A DNA stretch of 62,223 bases from assembly GCA_002937585.1 (NCBI GenBank), contig PTKE01000004.1, forward strand, positions 1 to 62,223. Direction: 5' to 3'. Both the position numbers and the translations under genes were made by a program. The notes below the pieces were generated by a model. That model was given only the letters and a program-made list of their open reading frames with translations. It was not told the DNA's origin and did not search any database. Shown piece after piece: positions 27,430-37,197 of this stretch. The stretch is from Alphaproteobacteria bacterium MarineAlpha9_Bin6. Lineage in GTDB: Bacteria; Pseudomonadota; Alphaproteobacteria; UBA7887. The number at the start of each line of letters is the position of its first letter. Positions within the stretch are counted from its first letter, which is position 1.

Positions 27430-28317
27430 TTAGCCGAGTTTATTAGAAAAATTCTTAATTGCCAGACCAATTTCGTCAGGCGAATCTTCCTGGATAAAAT
27501 GAAGCCCTTTGACCGTGACTTCGCTTTGGTTTGGCCAGGTTCGGCAAAATTCACGTTGTGCTCCGATCAGTATGGCGCCGGGATCAGCGTTGATAAAAAG
27601 TTTGGGCATGTCATTTTGACACATCCACTGGCTATATGCTGCTACAATTGCAACCACTTCCTCCGGTTCTCCACCGACAGGGATTTGACGTGGCCAGGTA
27701 AGCGTGGGGCGGCGAGACTCGCCGGGTTCTAGGTAGGGTTTTCGGTAGACCACCATTTCCTTTTCACTAAGATCGCGCAGGACGGAACCCGGCAATATCC
27801 GTTCCACGAAGACGTTTTTTTGGAGCACAATTTCTTCCCCTGCGCCCGAACGCATGGCCTGGAAGATGCTGCGCGATTGTTCGGGCCATTCTTCCCAATC
27901 CATCGGTCGCACCAACGCTTCCATGTAGGCAATACCAGACACTCTGGTAGGTTGCCGTTGTGCCCAATAAAATCCGAGGGCCGAACCCCAATCGTGAACT
28001 ACCAAGATCGCATTGGTGATTTGAAGTGATTCAAACCACGCATCCAAATATCGCACGTGTTCGGTAAAGCTATATTTTCCGTCCGGGGTTCTTCCTGATT
28101 GTCCCATGCCAACAAGGTCTGGGGCCAGACACCGGCTTGATTCGCTGACGTGAGGAATGATATTGCGCCATAAGTACGACGAAGTAGGGTTCCCGTGTAG
28201 GAACACAATGGGTCGTTCATCGGGGTTTCCCGTATCGATATAGGAAATATCGACGCCATCCACTGTAACTTGTTTGCGCGGGTGGGGGTCGGCCGAAGCC
28301 GGAACTGAATTGGGCAT
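27430..28317 (-). CDS. Haloalkane dehalogenase, HLD-II (DhaA/LinB/DmbA-like)
   Basis: The track start is TTG 28329. ATG 28317 lies 6 nt after GGAG. The sequence has FLHGNPTSSYLWRNIIPH, the nucleophile VVHDWGS, the acid IAYMEA and the histidine GLHFIQED. The complete catalytic pentad positions are visible. Confidence 0.85.
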   Translation of the reverse strand: MPNSVPASADPHPRKQVTVDGVDISYIDTGNPDERPIVFLHGNPTSSYLWRNIIPHVSESSRCLAPDLVGMGQSGRTPDGKYSFTEHVRYLDAWFESLQITNAILVVHDWGSALGFYWAQRQPTRVSGIAYMEALVRPMDWEEWPEQSRSIFQAMRSGAGEEIVLQKNVFVERILPGSVLRDLSEKEMVVYRKPYLEPGESRRPTLTWPRQIPVGGEPEEVVAIVAAYSQWMCQNDMPKLFINADPGAILIGAQREFCRTWPNQSEVTVKGLHFIQEDSPDEIGLAIKNFSNKLG

Positions 28318-28448
28318 AAGGAACTCCAAAATCTGGCGTTTTTTTAAGGGACGTTGTTCATAGGCGGGTGAGAAGTTATTGTCTGCCCCCCCCTGGGCTT
28401 TGTTGTCCAGAATGGGAGAGTGCCAGTCAAGTAATGTAGGTCAAGATA

Positions 28449-29672
28449 ATGAATTTTGAATTTCCAACAAAAGTCAAAGATCTCCAAGCGCGTGTTACTG
28501 GATTTATGGAGGGAAATGTTTATCCAAACGAAAAAGTTTATGAGCAGCAACTCGACGAAGGTGAAACTCGTTGGCAGATACCGCCAATCATGGAAGAGCT
28601 CAAAGCGAAGGCTAAATCGGAAAATCTGTGGAACCTTTTTTTGCCTGAAAGCGAACGTGGGTATGGCTTAAGCAATCTTGAGTACGCGCCGCTGTGTGAG
28701 ATCATGGGTCGCTCGCCAATCGGTGCCGAGGTGTTTAACTGCTCAGCACCGGATACGGGTAATATGGAGGTGCTTGAACGCTATGGCCTCGAAGAGCATA
28801 AAAAACAATGGCTAGAGCCTCTGTTGAGCGGGGATATTCGCTCGGCATTTGCGATGACGGAGCCGGGGGTTGCTTCCTCTGACGCTACCAATATCGAATC
28901 CTCGATCAAGTTAGAGGGTAACGAGTACGTCATCAATGGGCGGAAATGGTGGACTTCGGGTATCGGTGACCCTCGCTGCAAAATCTTGATCTTTATGGGG
29001 AAGACAGATCCAGACAATCCGGACCGTCACAAACAGCAATCAATGATTCTCGTCCCTACTGATGCTCCTGGGATTACGGTCCTGCGAACGCTGCCCGTAT
29101 TTGGCTTTGATGATGCGCCCCATGGCCATGGGGAAGTCGAATTCGACAATGTTCGAGTTCCGGCAACTAATATATTGCTTGGTGAAGGTCGTGGTTTTGA
29201 GATTGCGCAGGGACGTTTAGGGCCAGGTAGGATTCATCACTGCATGCGACAGATTGGAGTTGCTGAGCGTAGTCTTGAAAAAATGCTGAAGCGGGTCAAG
29301 GAACGTGTGGCATTTGGGAAGACCCTGGCAGAGCAGGGAACCATCATGGCGGATATTGCCAATTCGCGTATCGAGATCGAACAAGCGCGTTTGTTGGTGC
29401 TAAAGGCGGCCTACATGATGGACACAGTTGGAAATAAAGAAGCGCGCGCCGAGATAGCAATGATAAAGGTGTCGGTTCCAAATATGACGCTCAGAGTTAT
29501 TGACCGAGCACTTCAAGCACATGGAGGTGGAGGTGTGACCACCGATTTTGGTCTGGCCCACCAGTGGGCGAGTTCGCGTACGTTGCGACTTGCCGATGGT
29601 CCGGATGAGGTGCATCGGGTAGCCGTCGCAAAGATGGAGTTACGCAAGCAAGTTCGTCCCGATTTTAACTAG
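28449..29672 (+). CDS. Acyl-CoA dehydrogenase (FadE2/ACAD10-11 C-terminal-domain type)
   Basis: The ORF is 407 aa with [21 protein letters not shown] and a C-terminal GPDEVH, typical of this ACAD subgroup. Confidence 0.85.
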   Translation: MNFEFPTKVKDLQARVTGFMEGNVYPNEKVYEQQLDEGETRWQIPPIMEELKAKAKSENLWNLFLPESERGYGLSNLEYAPLCEIMGRSPIGAEVFNCSAPDTGNMEVLERYGLEEHKKQWLEPLLSGDIRSAFAMTEPGVASSDATNIESSIKLEGNEYVINGRKWWTSGIGDPRCKILIFMGKTDPDNPDRHKQQSMILVPTDAPGITVLRTLPVFGFDDAPHGHGEVEFDNVRVPATNILLGEGRGFEIAQGRLGPGRIHHCMRQIGVAERSLEKMLKRVKERVAFGKTLAEQGTIMADIANSRIEIEQARLLVLKAAYMMDTVGNKEARAEIAMIKVSVPNMTLRVIDRALQAHGGGGVTTDFGLAHQWASSRTLRLADGPDEVHRVAVAKMELRKQVRPDFN

Positions 29673-29682
29673 GACTTTCGCG

Positions 29683-30459
29683 ATGGATCGGGTGAAGGGC
29701 AAGATTGCGTTAATTAGTGGCGGGGCTTCTGGTTTGGGACGCCAAGCAGCTCGCAGGTTGGCGGAGGAAGGGGCACGCGTGGTAGTCGCCGACCTCAATA
29801 AGGTTGCCGGCTCCGCCGTGGCGGAGGAACTTGGTGAGGCTGGGCTATTTGTTCCACTTGATGTCACCCAGGAGGATGATTGGGTGCGTGTGATTGAAGC
29901 CACACTGGATAGTTTTGGCCGTCTCGACGTTTTGGTTAATTCGGCCGGGGTCGGAAATATGAACTCAGTTGAGGACTGCACCCTTGAAGAATGGAAGCAT
30001 GTTATGGCCGTCAATGGCGACGGTGTATTCCTTGGCTGTAAGCACGGTATTGGTGCAATCAAACGGACCTCATCCGAGCCTGGAGCCGGTGGTTCTATCG
30101 TCAATATTTCATCCGTGTCGGGGCTGATTGGAGGACATAACCTCGCTGCTTACAATGCGAGCAAGGGCGCGGTCCGCCTTTTAACCAAATCTGTAGCGCT
30201 CCATTGCGCGCGCCAGGGCTACAACATTCGTTGTAATTCCGTGCACCCTACTTTCATCGATACGCCAATGGTTCGGGCAATGATCGATAATGCTTCAGAC
30301 CCAGCGCGCGTTGAGCAGAAATTAGCTCGTCAGGTTCCTATCGGTCACATAGGGGAGCCTGATGATATTGCTTGGGGGATTGTCTACCTCGCGTCCAACG
30401 AGTCCAAGTTTATGACAGGTGCGGAGTTTGTAGTGGACGGTGGCATTACCGCAATGTAA
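29683..30459 (+). CDS. Short-chain dehydrogenase/reductase
   Basis: The ORF is 258 aa with GGASGLG, NSAG and YNASK. Confidence 0.85.
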   Translation: MDRVKGKIALISGGASGLGRQAARRLAEEGARVVVADLNKVAGSAVAEELGEAGLFVPLDVTQEDDWVRVIEATLDSFGRLDVLVNSAGVGNMNSVEDCTLEEWKHVMAVNGDGVFLGCKHGIGAIKRTSSEPGAGGSIVNISSVSGLIGGHNLAAYNASKGAVRLLTKSVALHCARQGYNIRCNSVHPTFIDTPMVRAMIDNASDPARVEQKLARQVPIGHIGEPDDIAWGIVYLASNESKFMTGAEFVVDGGITAM

Positions 30460-30532
30460 GGCTGATATGATGCGTAACAAAGTACGGAGTGAGTGTAGCG
30501 CTGAGCGGATTCTGTCGCTGTATCTCCCCAGT

Positions 30533-30991
30533 TTATGTGTAGAGAATTCCAATTGACTCTGCGATGCAGGCAGGACGATCTTCCCCTTCAATTTCGAATG
30601 TAGTTTCTCCGACTATTTTTAAGCCGTTGTTCTTTACGTCTTCAACAGTTTTCAATGTGTAACGGCCACGTACCCGGCTCCCCGCCGGGACCGGCGCGGT
30701 GAAACGGATTCGGTCTGAGCCGTAATTTAGACTGTGACGTACTCCTTTTACTTTGTAGATGTCTTGCACGATCCTGGGTAAGAGCGACAAGGTTAAAAAA
30801 CCGTGCGCAATTGTGGTGCCTCCAGGAAGTTCGGTTTTAGCGCGCTCGGTATCAACGTGAATCCACTGGTGATCACCGGTCGCATCGGCAAATTTGTTAA
30901 TGCGCTCTTGGCTTATTTCTATCCATTCGCTGGTACCCAATTCTTGACCGACCAGGCTTTTTAATTCCTCAATATTTTCTACAGTGTGCAT
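30533..30991 (-). CDS. MaoC-like hotdog dehydratase
   Basis: The track ORF extends to 31057. ATG 30991 gives MHTVENIEELKSLVGQELGTSEWIEISQERINKFADATGDHQWIHVD, a MaoC signature, at 152 aa. Confidence 0.75.
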   Translation of the reverse strand: MHTVENIEELKSLVGQELGTSEWIEISQERINKFADATGDHQWIHVDTERAKTELPGGTTIAHGFLTLSLLPRIVQDIYKVKGVRHSLNYGSDRIRFTAPVPAGSRVRGRYTLKTVEDVKNNGLKIVGETTFEIEGEDRPACIAESIGILYT

Positions 30992-31074
30992 TGTTCCAGA
31001 CCCCAACTGATATTTGACAGAGATCAAGATTAATGTGTGATATGCATTAATCAACATTGATATCCGCGTGTGCT

Positions 31075-31094
31075 ACCTAAAACTTATTTTAGGT
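31075..31094. repeat. Perfect 8-bp inverted repeat (ACCTAAAA-CTTA-TTTTAGGT) in a divergent promoter region
   Basis: I read this directly from the sequence. It lies between the MaoC gene (start 30991, minus) and the ABC ATPase gene (start 31220, plus). It could be an operator or a hairpin. A second repeat, TTAATG-N9-CATTAA, lies about 35 nt to the left. Confidence 0.4.
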
Positions 31095-31219
31095 ATGCGA
31101 GCAGTAAAAGTTTACGGTCCCGATAATTAGATGTAAGGGAGAACCCGAGTGACGGAGGATGCTAACGTGCGATTTGTGCTCTTTGTTTCTCGGACCGACA
31201 GAGTCTTCTCGGAGTTAGC

Positions 31220-31987
31220 ATGATGGCGCTGCTCGAGGTAGATAACGTGGTCGTTCGGTTTGGAGGGATTGTTGCGCTGGATGGAGTGACTTTTGATATC
31301 CTTGAGGGACAAATTGTTGGACTTATAGGGCCGAATGGAGCAGGCAAGACAACGCTATTTAATTGTTGTTCGCGTCTTTACACACCGAATGCGGGCGATG
31401 TGTTGTTTAAGGGCACCTCCGTCTTAGGATTGCGGGCCGATAAAATTGCCTCTTTAGGCATAGGACGTACTTTCCAAAATTTAGCTCTTTTCCCTACGCT
31501 AAGCGTGTTGGATAACGTTTTAATTGGCGGTCATAGCCGGACCAAGAGTGACACAATTTCTAATGCTTTCCGCTTACCTTGGGTTCGCCGTGAAGAGAGC
31601 GAACTCATGGCTAAATCGATGGACCTGATAGAATTTATGGGCTTAGCCGAGGTCGTAAATACATCAGTTGGGGCTTTGCCATTCCCATATCAAAAACGAG
31701 TGGAGATGGCCCGAGCTCTGGCCAGTGATCCTGAACTGCTGCTTTTGGATGAGCCTGCGGGAGGTCTGAATCACGAGGAACTTGACCACCTGATGGAGCA
31801 AATTCGTGACGTCCGAACCAATCGTCAAATTACGGTGTTGTTGGTAGAGCACCATATGAATTTTGTGATGCAGGTTTCAGATAAGGTTGTTGCCATTGAT
31901 TTTGGCCGCAAAATCGCCGATGGCACCCCAACCGAGGTGCAGAGCGATCCAAAAGTAATCGAAGCTTATTTGGGAACCTCTGAATAA
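31220..31987 (+). CDS. LivG-type ABC ATPase (second transporter)
   Basis: Walker A is GPNGAGKTT and Walker B is LLLLDEPAGGL. The C-terminal VIEAYLG is typical of LivG. Confidence 0.9.
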   Translation: MMALLEVDNVVVRFGGIVALDGVTFDILEGQIVGLIGPNGAGKTTLFNCCSRLYTPNAGDVLFKGTSVLGLRADKIASLGIGRTFQNLALFPTLSVLDNVLIGGHSRTKSDTISNAFRLPWVRREESELMAKSMDLIEFMGLAEVVNTSVGALPFPYQKRVEMARALASDPELLLLDEPAGGLNHEELDHLMEQIRDVRTNRQITVLLVEHHMNFVMQVSDKVVAIDFGRKIADGTPTEVQSDPKVIEAYLGTSE

Positions 31988-32697
31988 TGCCGTTTTTGGA
32001 AGTAAAAGGCCTCAACGCCTACTATAGGAATACCCAGGCGCTTTTCGGCTTAGACTTTGAACTGGAAGAAGGGTCAATTACCACGATATTGGGGGCGAAC
32101 GGTGCTGGCAAAACCACTACTCTACGCTCCATATGCCGGATGGTTCGTACCGAAGGTGAGATAAGGTTTGATGGAGATGATTTAACAAGTTTCTCAACCG
32201 AGAAAGTTGCTCGACGGGGTATAGCCCATGTACCCGAAGGTCGTGGCACTTTCGTGCGACAAACGGTTGAGGATAATCTACAGCTTGGGGCTTACACTCG
32301 GAAGAACAAAGCGGAAATTGCCGAGGATATTGAAAGGGTTTACTCATATTTCCCCCCCTTGCGCGAAAGATTTAAACAGCAAGCTGGGACTCTTTCCGGG
32401 GGCGAACAGCAGATGTTGGCGATTGGTAGGGCTTTGATGTTACGCCCGCGCTTGATGCTGCTCGATGAGCCTAGCTTTGGGTTGGGACCTCTCATAGTCC
32501 AGGAAATCTATAGCATCATGCGTCAGATCCGAGAGCAGGAGGGAACGTCCATGCTGCTCGTTGAGCAAAATGCTAATATAGCTTTGAATCTGGCCGACCA
32601 CGCCTACCTGTTAGAGACGGGGACAGTGGTGATGTCTGGTGAATCTCACATTATTCGCGACGACGAAAACGTCCGTCGAAGTTACCTTGGCTATTAG
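31987..32697 (+). CDS. LivF-type ABC ATPase (second transporter)
   Basis: Walker A is GANGAGKTT, the signature is LSGGEQQM and Walker B is LMLLDEPSFGL. A TAATG stop-start overlap joins it to the upstream gene. Confidence 0.9.
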   Translation: MPFLEVKGLNAYYRNTQALFGLDFELEEGSITTILGANGAGKTTTLRSICRMVRTEGEIRFDGDDLTSFSTEKVARRGIAHVPEGRGTFVRQTVEDNLQLGAYTRKNKAEIAEDIERVYSYFPPLRERFKQQAGTLSGGEQQMLAIGRALMLRPRLMLLDEPSFGLGPLIVQEIYSIMRQIREQEGTSMLLVEQNANIALNLADHAYLLETGTVVMSGESHIIRDDENVRRSYLGY

Positions 32698-32708
32698 GGG
32701 CGGGAATC

Positions 32709-33584
32709 ATGGAGCTTTTTCTACAACTTACTCTGGCAGGTCTGGCAATTGGCTCGATTTATTCGTGCGTCGCGTTATCCGTCGTAATGGTTTATCAGGC
32801 CAGCGATCACTTTAATTTTGCCCAAGGCGAGATGGCGATGTTTTCGACCTATATCGCCTGGACCTTTCTCGGGATGGGGGCTCCTATTTGGCTCTCTTTC
32901 GTTTTAGCGGTCGCCCTTTCGTTTTTAGCGGGGGTAGTCATTGAAAGATTGTTGGTAAAGCCAGTTGAAGATGCGCCTATTTTGAACCAGATCATGGTTT
33001 TCATTGGTCTATTGGTGATTTTTAATAATATGGCGGGTTGGATTTGGGAATTTACGATTAAACCATTTCCCAGCTTATTCCCCGCAGACTTTGGATTTAA
33101 ATCAAGTCTGATTGGACCACATCACATGGGCGTGATCGGCTTAACCTTGTTGGTATTGTTACTTGTTTTCTGCTTTTTCCGATTCACCCGGGTGGGACTC
33201 GCAATGCGCGCCGCGGCCGCAAACCCAGATTCAGCGCGTTTAGTGGGTGTTTCAGTTGGCTGGATGCTGGCGCTTGGTTGGGGTTTGGCCGCAGCTATAG
33301 GCGCGGTAGGTGGTATTTTAGTTGCGCCGATCGTTTACCTGGAGCCAAACATGATGGCCGGAGTGCTTTTATATGGGTTTGCAGGCGCGTTACTCGGTGG
33401 GATTACAAGTCCAGGTGGTGCTGTTCTAGGTGGCTTGATAATAGGTGTTTTGGAGAATTGGGTCGGTGGATATGTCCCCGGAGGGTCTGAACTCAAACTC
33501 ACATTTGCTCTTATACTTATTATCGCCGTACTGCTCTTCAAGCCGGCGGGACTTTTCGGTCGCGTAGTAGTGAAGCGGGTTTAA
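32709..33584 (+). CDS. LivH-type ABC permease (second transporter)
   Basis: The ORF is a 291-aa polytopic protein with NFAQGEMAMFSTY near the N-terminus. Confidence 0.85.
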   Translation: MELFLQLTLAGLAIGSIYSCVALSVVMVYQASDHFNFAQGEMAMFSTYIAWTFLGMGAPIWLSFVLAVALSFLAGVVIERLLVKPVEDAPILNQIMVFIGLLVIFNNMAGWIWEFTIKPFPSLFPADFGFKSSLIGPHHMGVIGLTLLVLLLVFCFFRFTRVGLAMRAAAANPDSARLVGVSVGWMLALGWGLAAAIGAVGGILVAPIVYLEPNMMAGVLLYGFAGALLGGITSPGGAVLGGLIIGVLENWVGGYVPGGSELKLTFALILIIAVLLFKPAGLFGRVVVKRV

Positions 33585-33590
33585 CTAGCG

Positions 33591-34577
33591 ATGGACCGCC
33601 CCAATCCTATTACACCTGGCCTGTTGATCGGTTTTGCGATCGCAGTTGCGTTCGGTATCGCGCTACCGCATTTGGTTTCTGATTTCATTACGTACCAATT
33701 TACCCTGGCAATGGCTTGGGCAATCGCCATGTTGGGCCTTAATGTGTTAACGGGTTATAATGGGCAGTTTTCCATCGGTCACAGCGCTTTCTTTGCTGCC
33801 GGAGCGTATTCTGCAGCGATATTCATTGACCACTTTGGATGGGGTCCCTACGAAGCTATTGTCGCGGCTGCATTGATTTCGTTTGTGTTCGGTTTTTTGT
33901 TTGGCTTGCCCGCCTTGAGACTAGAAGGTCTTTATCTGGCGCTTGCAACATTTGCTTTGGCCGTAGCGACGCCCCAGCTTCTAAAATTCGATGCATTTGA
34001 ACATTGGACAGGCGGGGTTCAGGGTATTTACGTCCCTAAACCCGACCCGATCGTATCGTCGATAAGTGCGGATCAATCACTTTATTACGTTGCGCTGTTT
34101 ATTATTTTATCCTTGATGGTGATCACCTGGTGTCTACTGCACAGCAGATCAGGCCGGGCGATGATGGCGATTCGTGATAATCCGATTGCTGCCAAGACTA
34201 TGGGCATAAACACGCCGCTGGTTAAAACCACAACGTTCGGTATAAGTGCTATGTATGCAGGGATTGGGGGAGCTTTGTTTACCTATGCAAGTGAGTTCGT
34301 CAGCCCAGACGCATTCAACTTTTTTGTCGCCGTTTATATTTTGGTCGGCTCCGTGGTCGGTGGAATAGTCTCTATACCGGGTGCTATATTTGGCGGACTA
34401 TTTATTGTCTTTATGCCGAATTTTGCCCAAGATATTAGGTTGGCGTACGAATGGCTGCCTCCTCCTTGGGCAATCTTCGGTGTGTTCCTGATTCTGATAA
34501 TTTATTTTGTGCCTTTTGGTGTATGGGGATCTTTGGAACGGTTGATAGTATGGACGAAACGAAAAGTATCAGGCTAA
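33591..34577 (+). CDS. LivM-type ABC permease (second transporter)
   Basis: The ORF is a 328-aa polytopic protein with TGYNGQFSIGHSAFFAAGAY. Confidence 0.85.
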   Translation: MDRPNPITPGLLIGFAIAVAFGIALPHLVSDFITYQFTLAMAWAIAMLGLNVLTGYNGQFSIGHSAFFAAGAYSAAIFIDHFGWGPYEAIVAAALISFVFGFLFGLPALRLEGLYLALATFALAVATPQLLKFDAFEHWTGGVQGIYVPKPDPIVSSISADQSLYYVALFIILSLMVITWCLLHSRSGRAMMAIRDNPIAAKTMGINTPLVKTTTFGISAMYAGIGGALFTYASEFVSPDAFNFFVAVYILVGSVVGGIVSIPGAIFGGLFIVFMPNFAQDIRLAYEWLPPPWAIFGVFLILIIYFVPFGVWGSLERLIVWTKRKVSG

Positions 34578-34655
34578 ATATAGTTGGTAGGGTCTAGATA
34601 GCCCCAACCAAAAGGACGCGTTGAGAGTTTTGAAGAGAAAGTGGGAGATACCCAA

Positions 34656-35852
34656 ATGCGAATCAGCACTTTTGTGACCAGCGTGGCGGCAACTCTGCTG
34701 CTGACTGCTTCGGCAAGCGCTCAGACGGTCGGCGTTACAGATACCTCGATAAAGATTGGGAACACCAACCCATACTCTGGCCCTGCCTCGGTTTATTCAT
34801 CGATTGGTAAAACTATCGTTGCTTATTTTAAGGCGGTGAATGCAGACGGCGGTATCAACGGTCGTACCATTGATCTTATCTCTTTAGATGACAGTTACAG
34901 CCCTCCGCGCACTGTTGAGCAGGTCCGTAAATTGGTCGAACAAGAGAAAGTGGCGTTCTTATTCCAAACGCTGGGAACACCCACCAACTCCGCAATTCAC
35001 CGCTATGTGAACGCAAAAAAGGTGCCCCATATTTTTGTAGCCACCGGTGCGTCTAAGTGGGGACAGCCCGAAAAGTATCCTTGGACCATCGGGTATCAAC
35101 CTACTTACGACGTCGAAGGTGGGATTTATGCGAATTACGCCCTGGCAAATGTGAAAAATCCTAAAATCGCGATTCTCTTCCAGAACGACGACTACGGAAA
35201 AGATTACAGAGACGGGTTTCTACAAGGTCTAGGAGACAGAGCCGACGAATTAGTTGTCAAGATGTTGCCATATGAGGTGACAGATCCGACCATCGATTCT
35301 CAGATTTTGGAACTGGCAGCAAGTGGCGCGAATGTATTTTTCAATATTACAATTCCAAAATTTGCAGCTCAAGCAATTAAAAAATCATGTGAGATCAACT
35401 GGAAACCGTTGCACCTTTTGAACAATGTTTCGTCGTCTGTTAAATCCACGCTAGTGCCTGCGGGACTTGAGTGTTCCAAAGGGCTGATCACTGCCCAGTT
35501 TATGAAAGATCCGACTGATCCGCAGTGGGCGGACTCGGCTGGTTTTAAAGAATGGTCTGCATGGATGGAAAAAAACATGCCAAACGCCGACCGTGGCGAT
35601 ATTTTATATGCTTATGCTTACAACGTCTCGAAATTGCTCCATATGATGCTCAATGGATGTGACGATCTTAGCCGGCCCGGCATCATGGCGTGTGCAACCA
35701 ATTTGAAAGACGTTGAGCTTCCCATGCTTATTCCGGGGATCAAAGTTAACACTAGCCCCACCGATTTTTATCCGATCGAAGCGGAACAGCTTTCCGAGTT
35801 TGACGGCGAAAAGTGGGTCTTGTTTGGAGACGTCATTGATTTGAGCAGGTAA
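34656..35852 (+). CDS. Periplasmic substrate-binding protein, LivK/J family (second transporter)
   Basis: The track start is GTG 34641. ATG 34656 lies 8 nt after GGGAGA. It has the signal peptide MRISTFVTSVAATLLLTASASAQ followed by IKIGNTNPYSGPAS. Confidence 0.85.
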   Translation: MRISTFVTSVAATLLLTASASAQTVGVTDTSIKIGNTNPYSGPASVYSSIGKTIVAYFKAVNADGGINGRTIDLISLDDSYSPPRTVEQVRKLVEQEKVAFLFQTLGTPTNSAIHRYVNAKKVPHIFVATGASKWGQPEKYPWTIGYQPTYDVEGGIYANYALANVKNPKIAILFQNDDYGKDYRDGFLQGLGDRADELVVKMLPYEVTDPTIDSQILELAASGANVFFNITIPKFAAQAIKKSCEINWKPLHLLNNVSSSVKSTLVPAGLECSKGLITAQFMKDPTDPQWADSAGFKEWSAWMEKNMPNADRGDILYAYAYNVSKLLHMMLNGCDDLSRPGIMACATNLKDVELPMLIPGIKVNTSPTDFYPIEAEQLSEFDGEKWVLFGDVIDLSR

Positions 35853-35896
35853 ATTCATAGGTTTGATTAAGGTAGAGGGTGGAAGAGATACGTAAC

Positions 35897-35933
35897 AAAA
35901 AGGCCCGCCACAATGGCAGGCCTTTTATTTTTT
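35897..35933. terminator. Bidirectional rho-independent terminator between convergent genes
   Basis: AAAAAGGCCCGCC-ACAAT-GGCAGGCCTTTTATTTTTT forms a stem of 8 bp with one mismatch. It is flanked by an A-run on the left and a T-run on the right. It sits between the + gene ending at 35852 and the - gene ending at 35955. Confidence 0.75.
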
Positions 35934-35954
35934 GGAAATCTGATTTGTGCTAGT

Positions 35955-37139
35955 CTAATTCACTTCAAATAGCCCAGCAGCGCCCATGCCGCCCCCAATA
36001 CACATAGTTGTAACTACGTATTTTGCTCCGCGTCGTTTTCCTTCGATCAGCGCGTGACCGACCATACGCGCGCCACTCATACCGTATGGATGGCCGATCG
36101 AGACGGCTCCACCGTCGACATTTAATATGTCGTTGTCTATGCCCAGCCGATCGCGGCAGTAGAGAACTTGGACTGCAAACGCCTCATTGAGTTCCCAGAG
36201 GTCGATATCATCAACCTTGAGGCCATTGCGCTCCAGCAAACGCGGTACTGCAAAGGCTGGTCCGATACCCATTTCGTCGGGCTCGCATCCGGCAACGGCG
36301 AGTCCGCGATAAATACCGAGCGGCTGTAGCCCACGTTTTTCCGCGAGCTTAGAGTCCATGACAATACAGGCCGATGCACCGTCGGAAAGCTGACTGGCAT
36401 TACCAGCGGTTATGCAGTGCCCTTCGCCACGCACAGGCTCGAGTCCTGCAAGCCCTTCCATGGTGGTACTTGGGCGATTGCCCTCATCTTTTTCAAGTGT
36501 AACTTCCTCTTCCCAACTCTCCCCCGTTTTCTTATCGAACGCCATTTTCGTAGTCGGGAGAGGTACGATTTCATCGTCGAAACGGCCTGCTTGTTGTCCG
36601 GCCGCAGTACGGAGCTGACTCTGTAGGCCGTATTCGTCTTGGTCTTCACGACTGATGTTGTAGCGCTTACCCACAACTTCAGCGGTGTCGATCATAGGCA
36701 AATATAGCTCCGGTTTGTTTTCATTGAGCCAGTCTTCGTGAGCACGGAAACCGTTTTGGTTTTCATTCTGCACTAAGCTGATTGACTCCAAACCTCCTGC
36801 CAAAGCAACGGGGACGCCATCGACCGTAACGCGATGTGCTGCAGTGCTGATTGCTTGCAATCCAGAGGAGCAGAAGCGATTGATTGTCGCTGCGGCTGTA
36901 GTTACTGGCAGTCCTGCTCTCAGTGCAGCTTGGCGCGCAATATTGCCGCCTGTCGCTCCCTCCGGCATTGCGCAACCTAGAATTACATCTTCAACTTCTT
37001 CGGGATCAATTTTTGCGCGTTTGACGGCTTGCTCGATTACATGACCCGCCATAGTCGCGCCATGGGTATTATTGAACGCTCCCCGGTATGCTTTACCTAT
37101 CGGCGTACGTGCCGTGGATACAACAACTGCTTCTGCCAT
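35955..37139 (-). CDS. Acetyl-CoA C-acyltransferase (degradative thiolase, FadA-like)
   Basis: The ORF is 394 aa with the nucleophile region [20 protein letters not shown] and CIGGGMG. Confidence 0.9.
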   Translation of the reverse strand: MAEAVVVSTARTPIGKAYRGAFNNTHGATMAGHVIEQAVKRAKIDPEEVEDVILGCAMPEGATGGNIARQAALRAGLPVTTAAATINRFCSSGLQAISTAAHRVTVDGVPVALAGGLESISLVQNENQNGFRAHEDWLNENKPELYLPMIDTAEVVGKRYNISREDQDEYGLQSQLRTAAGQQAGRFDDEIVPLPTTKMAFDKKTGESWEEEVTLEKDEGNRPSTTMEGLAGLEPVRGEGHCITAGNASQLSDGASACIVMDSKLAEKRGLQPLGIYRGLAVAGCEPDEMGIGPAFAVPRLLERNGLKVDDIDLWELNEAFAVQVLYCRDRLGIDNDILNVDGGAVSIGHPYGMSGARMVGHALIEGKRRGAKYVVTTMCIGGGMGAAGLFEVN

Positions 37140-37197
37140 AACTTTCTCCTGAAGCTTTCTCGGACTATTTCACCGTGAATTTAAATCCCCGGTTAAC

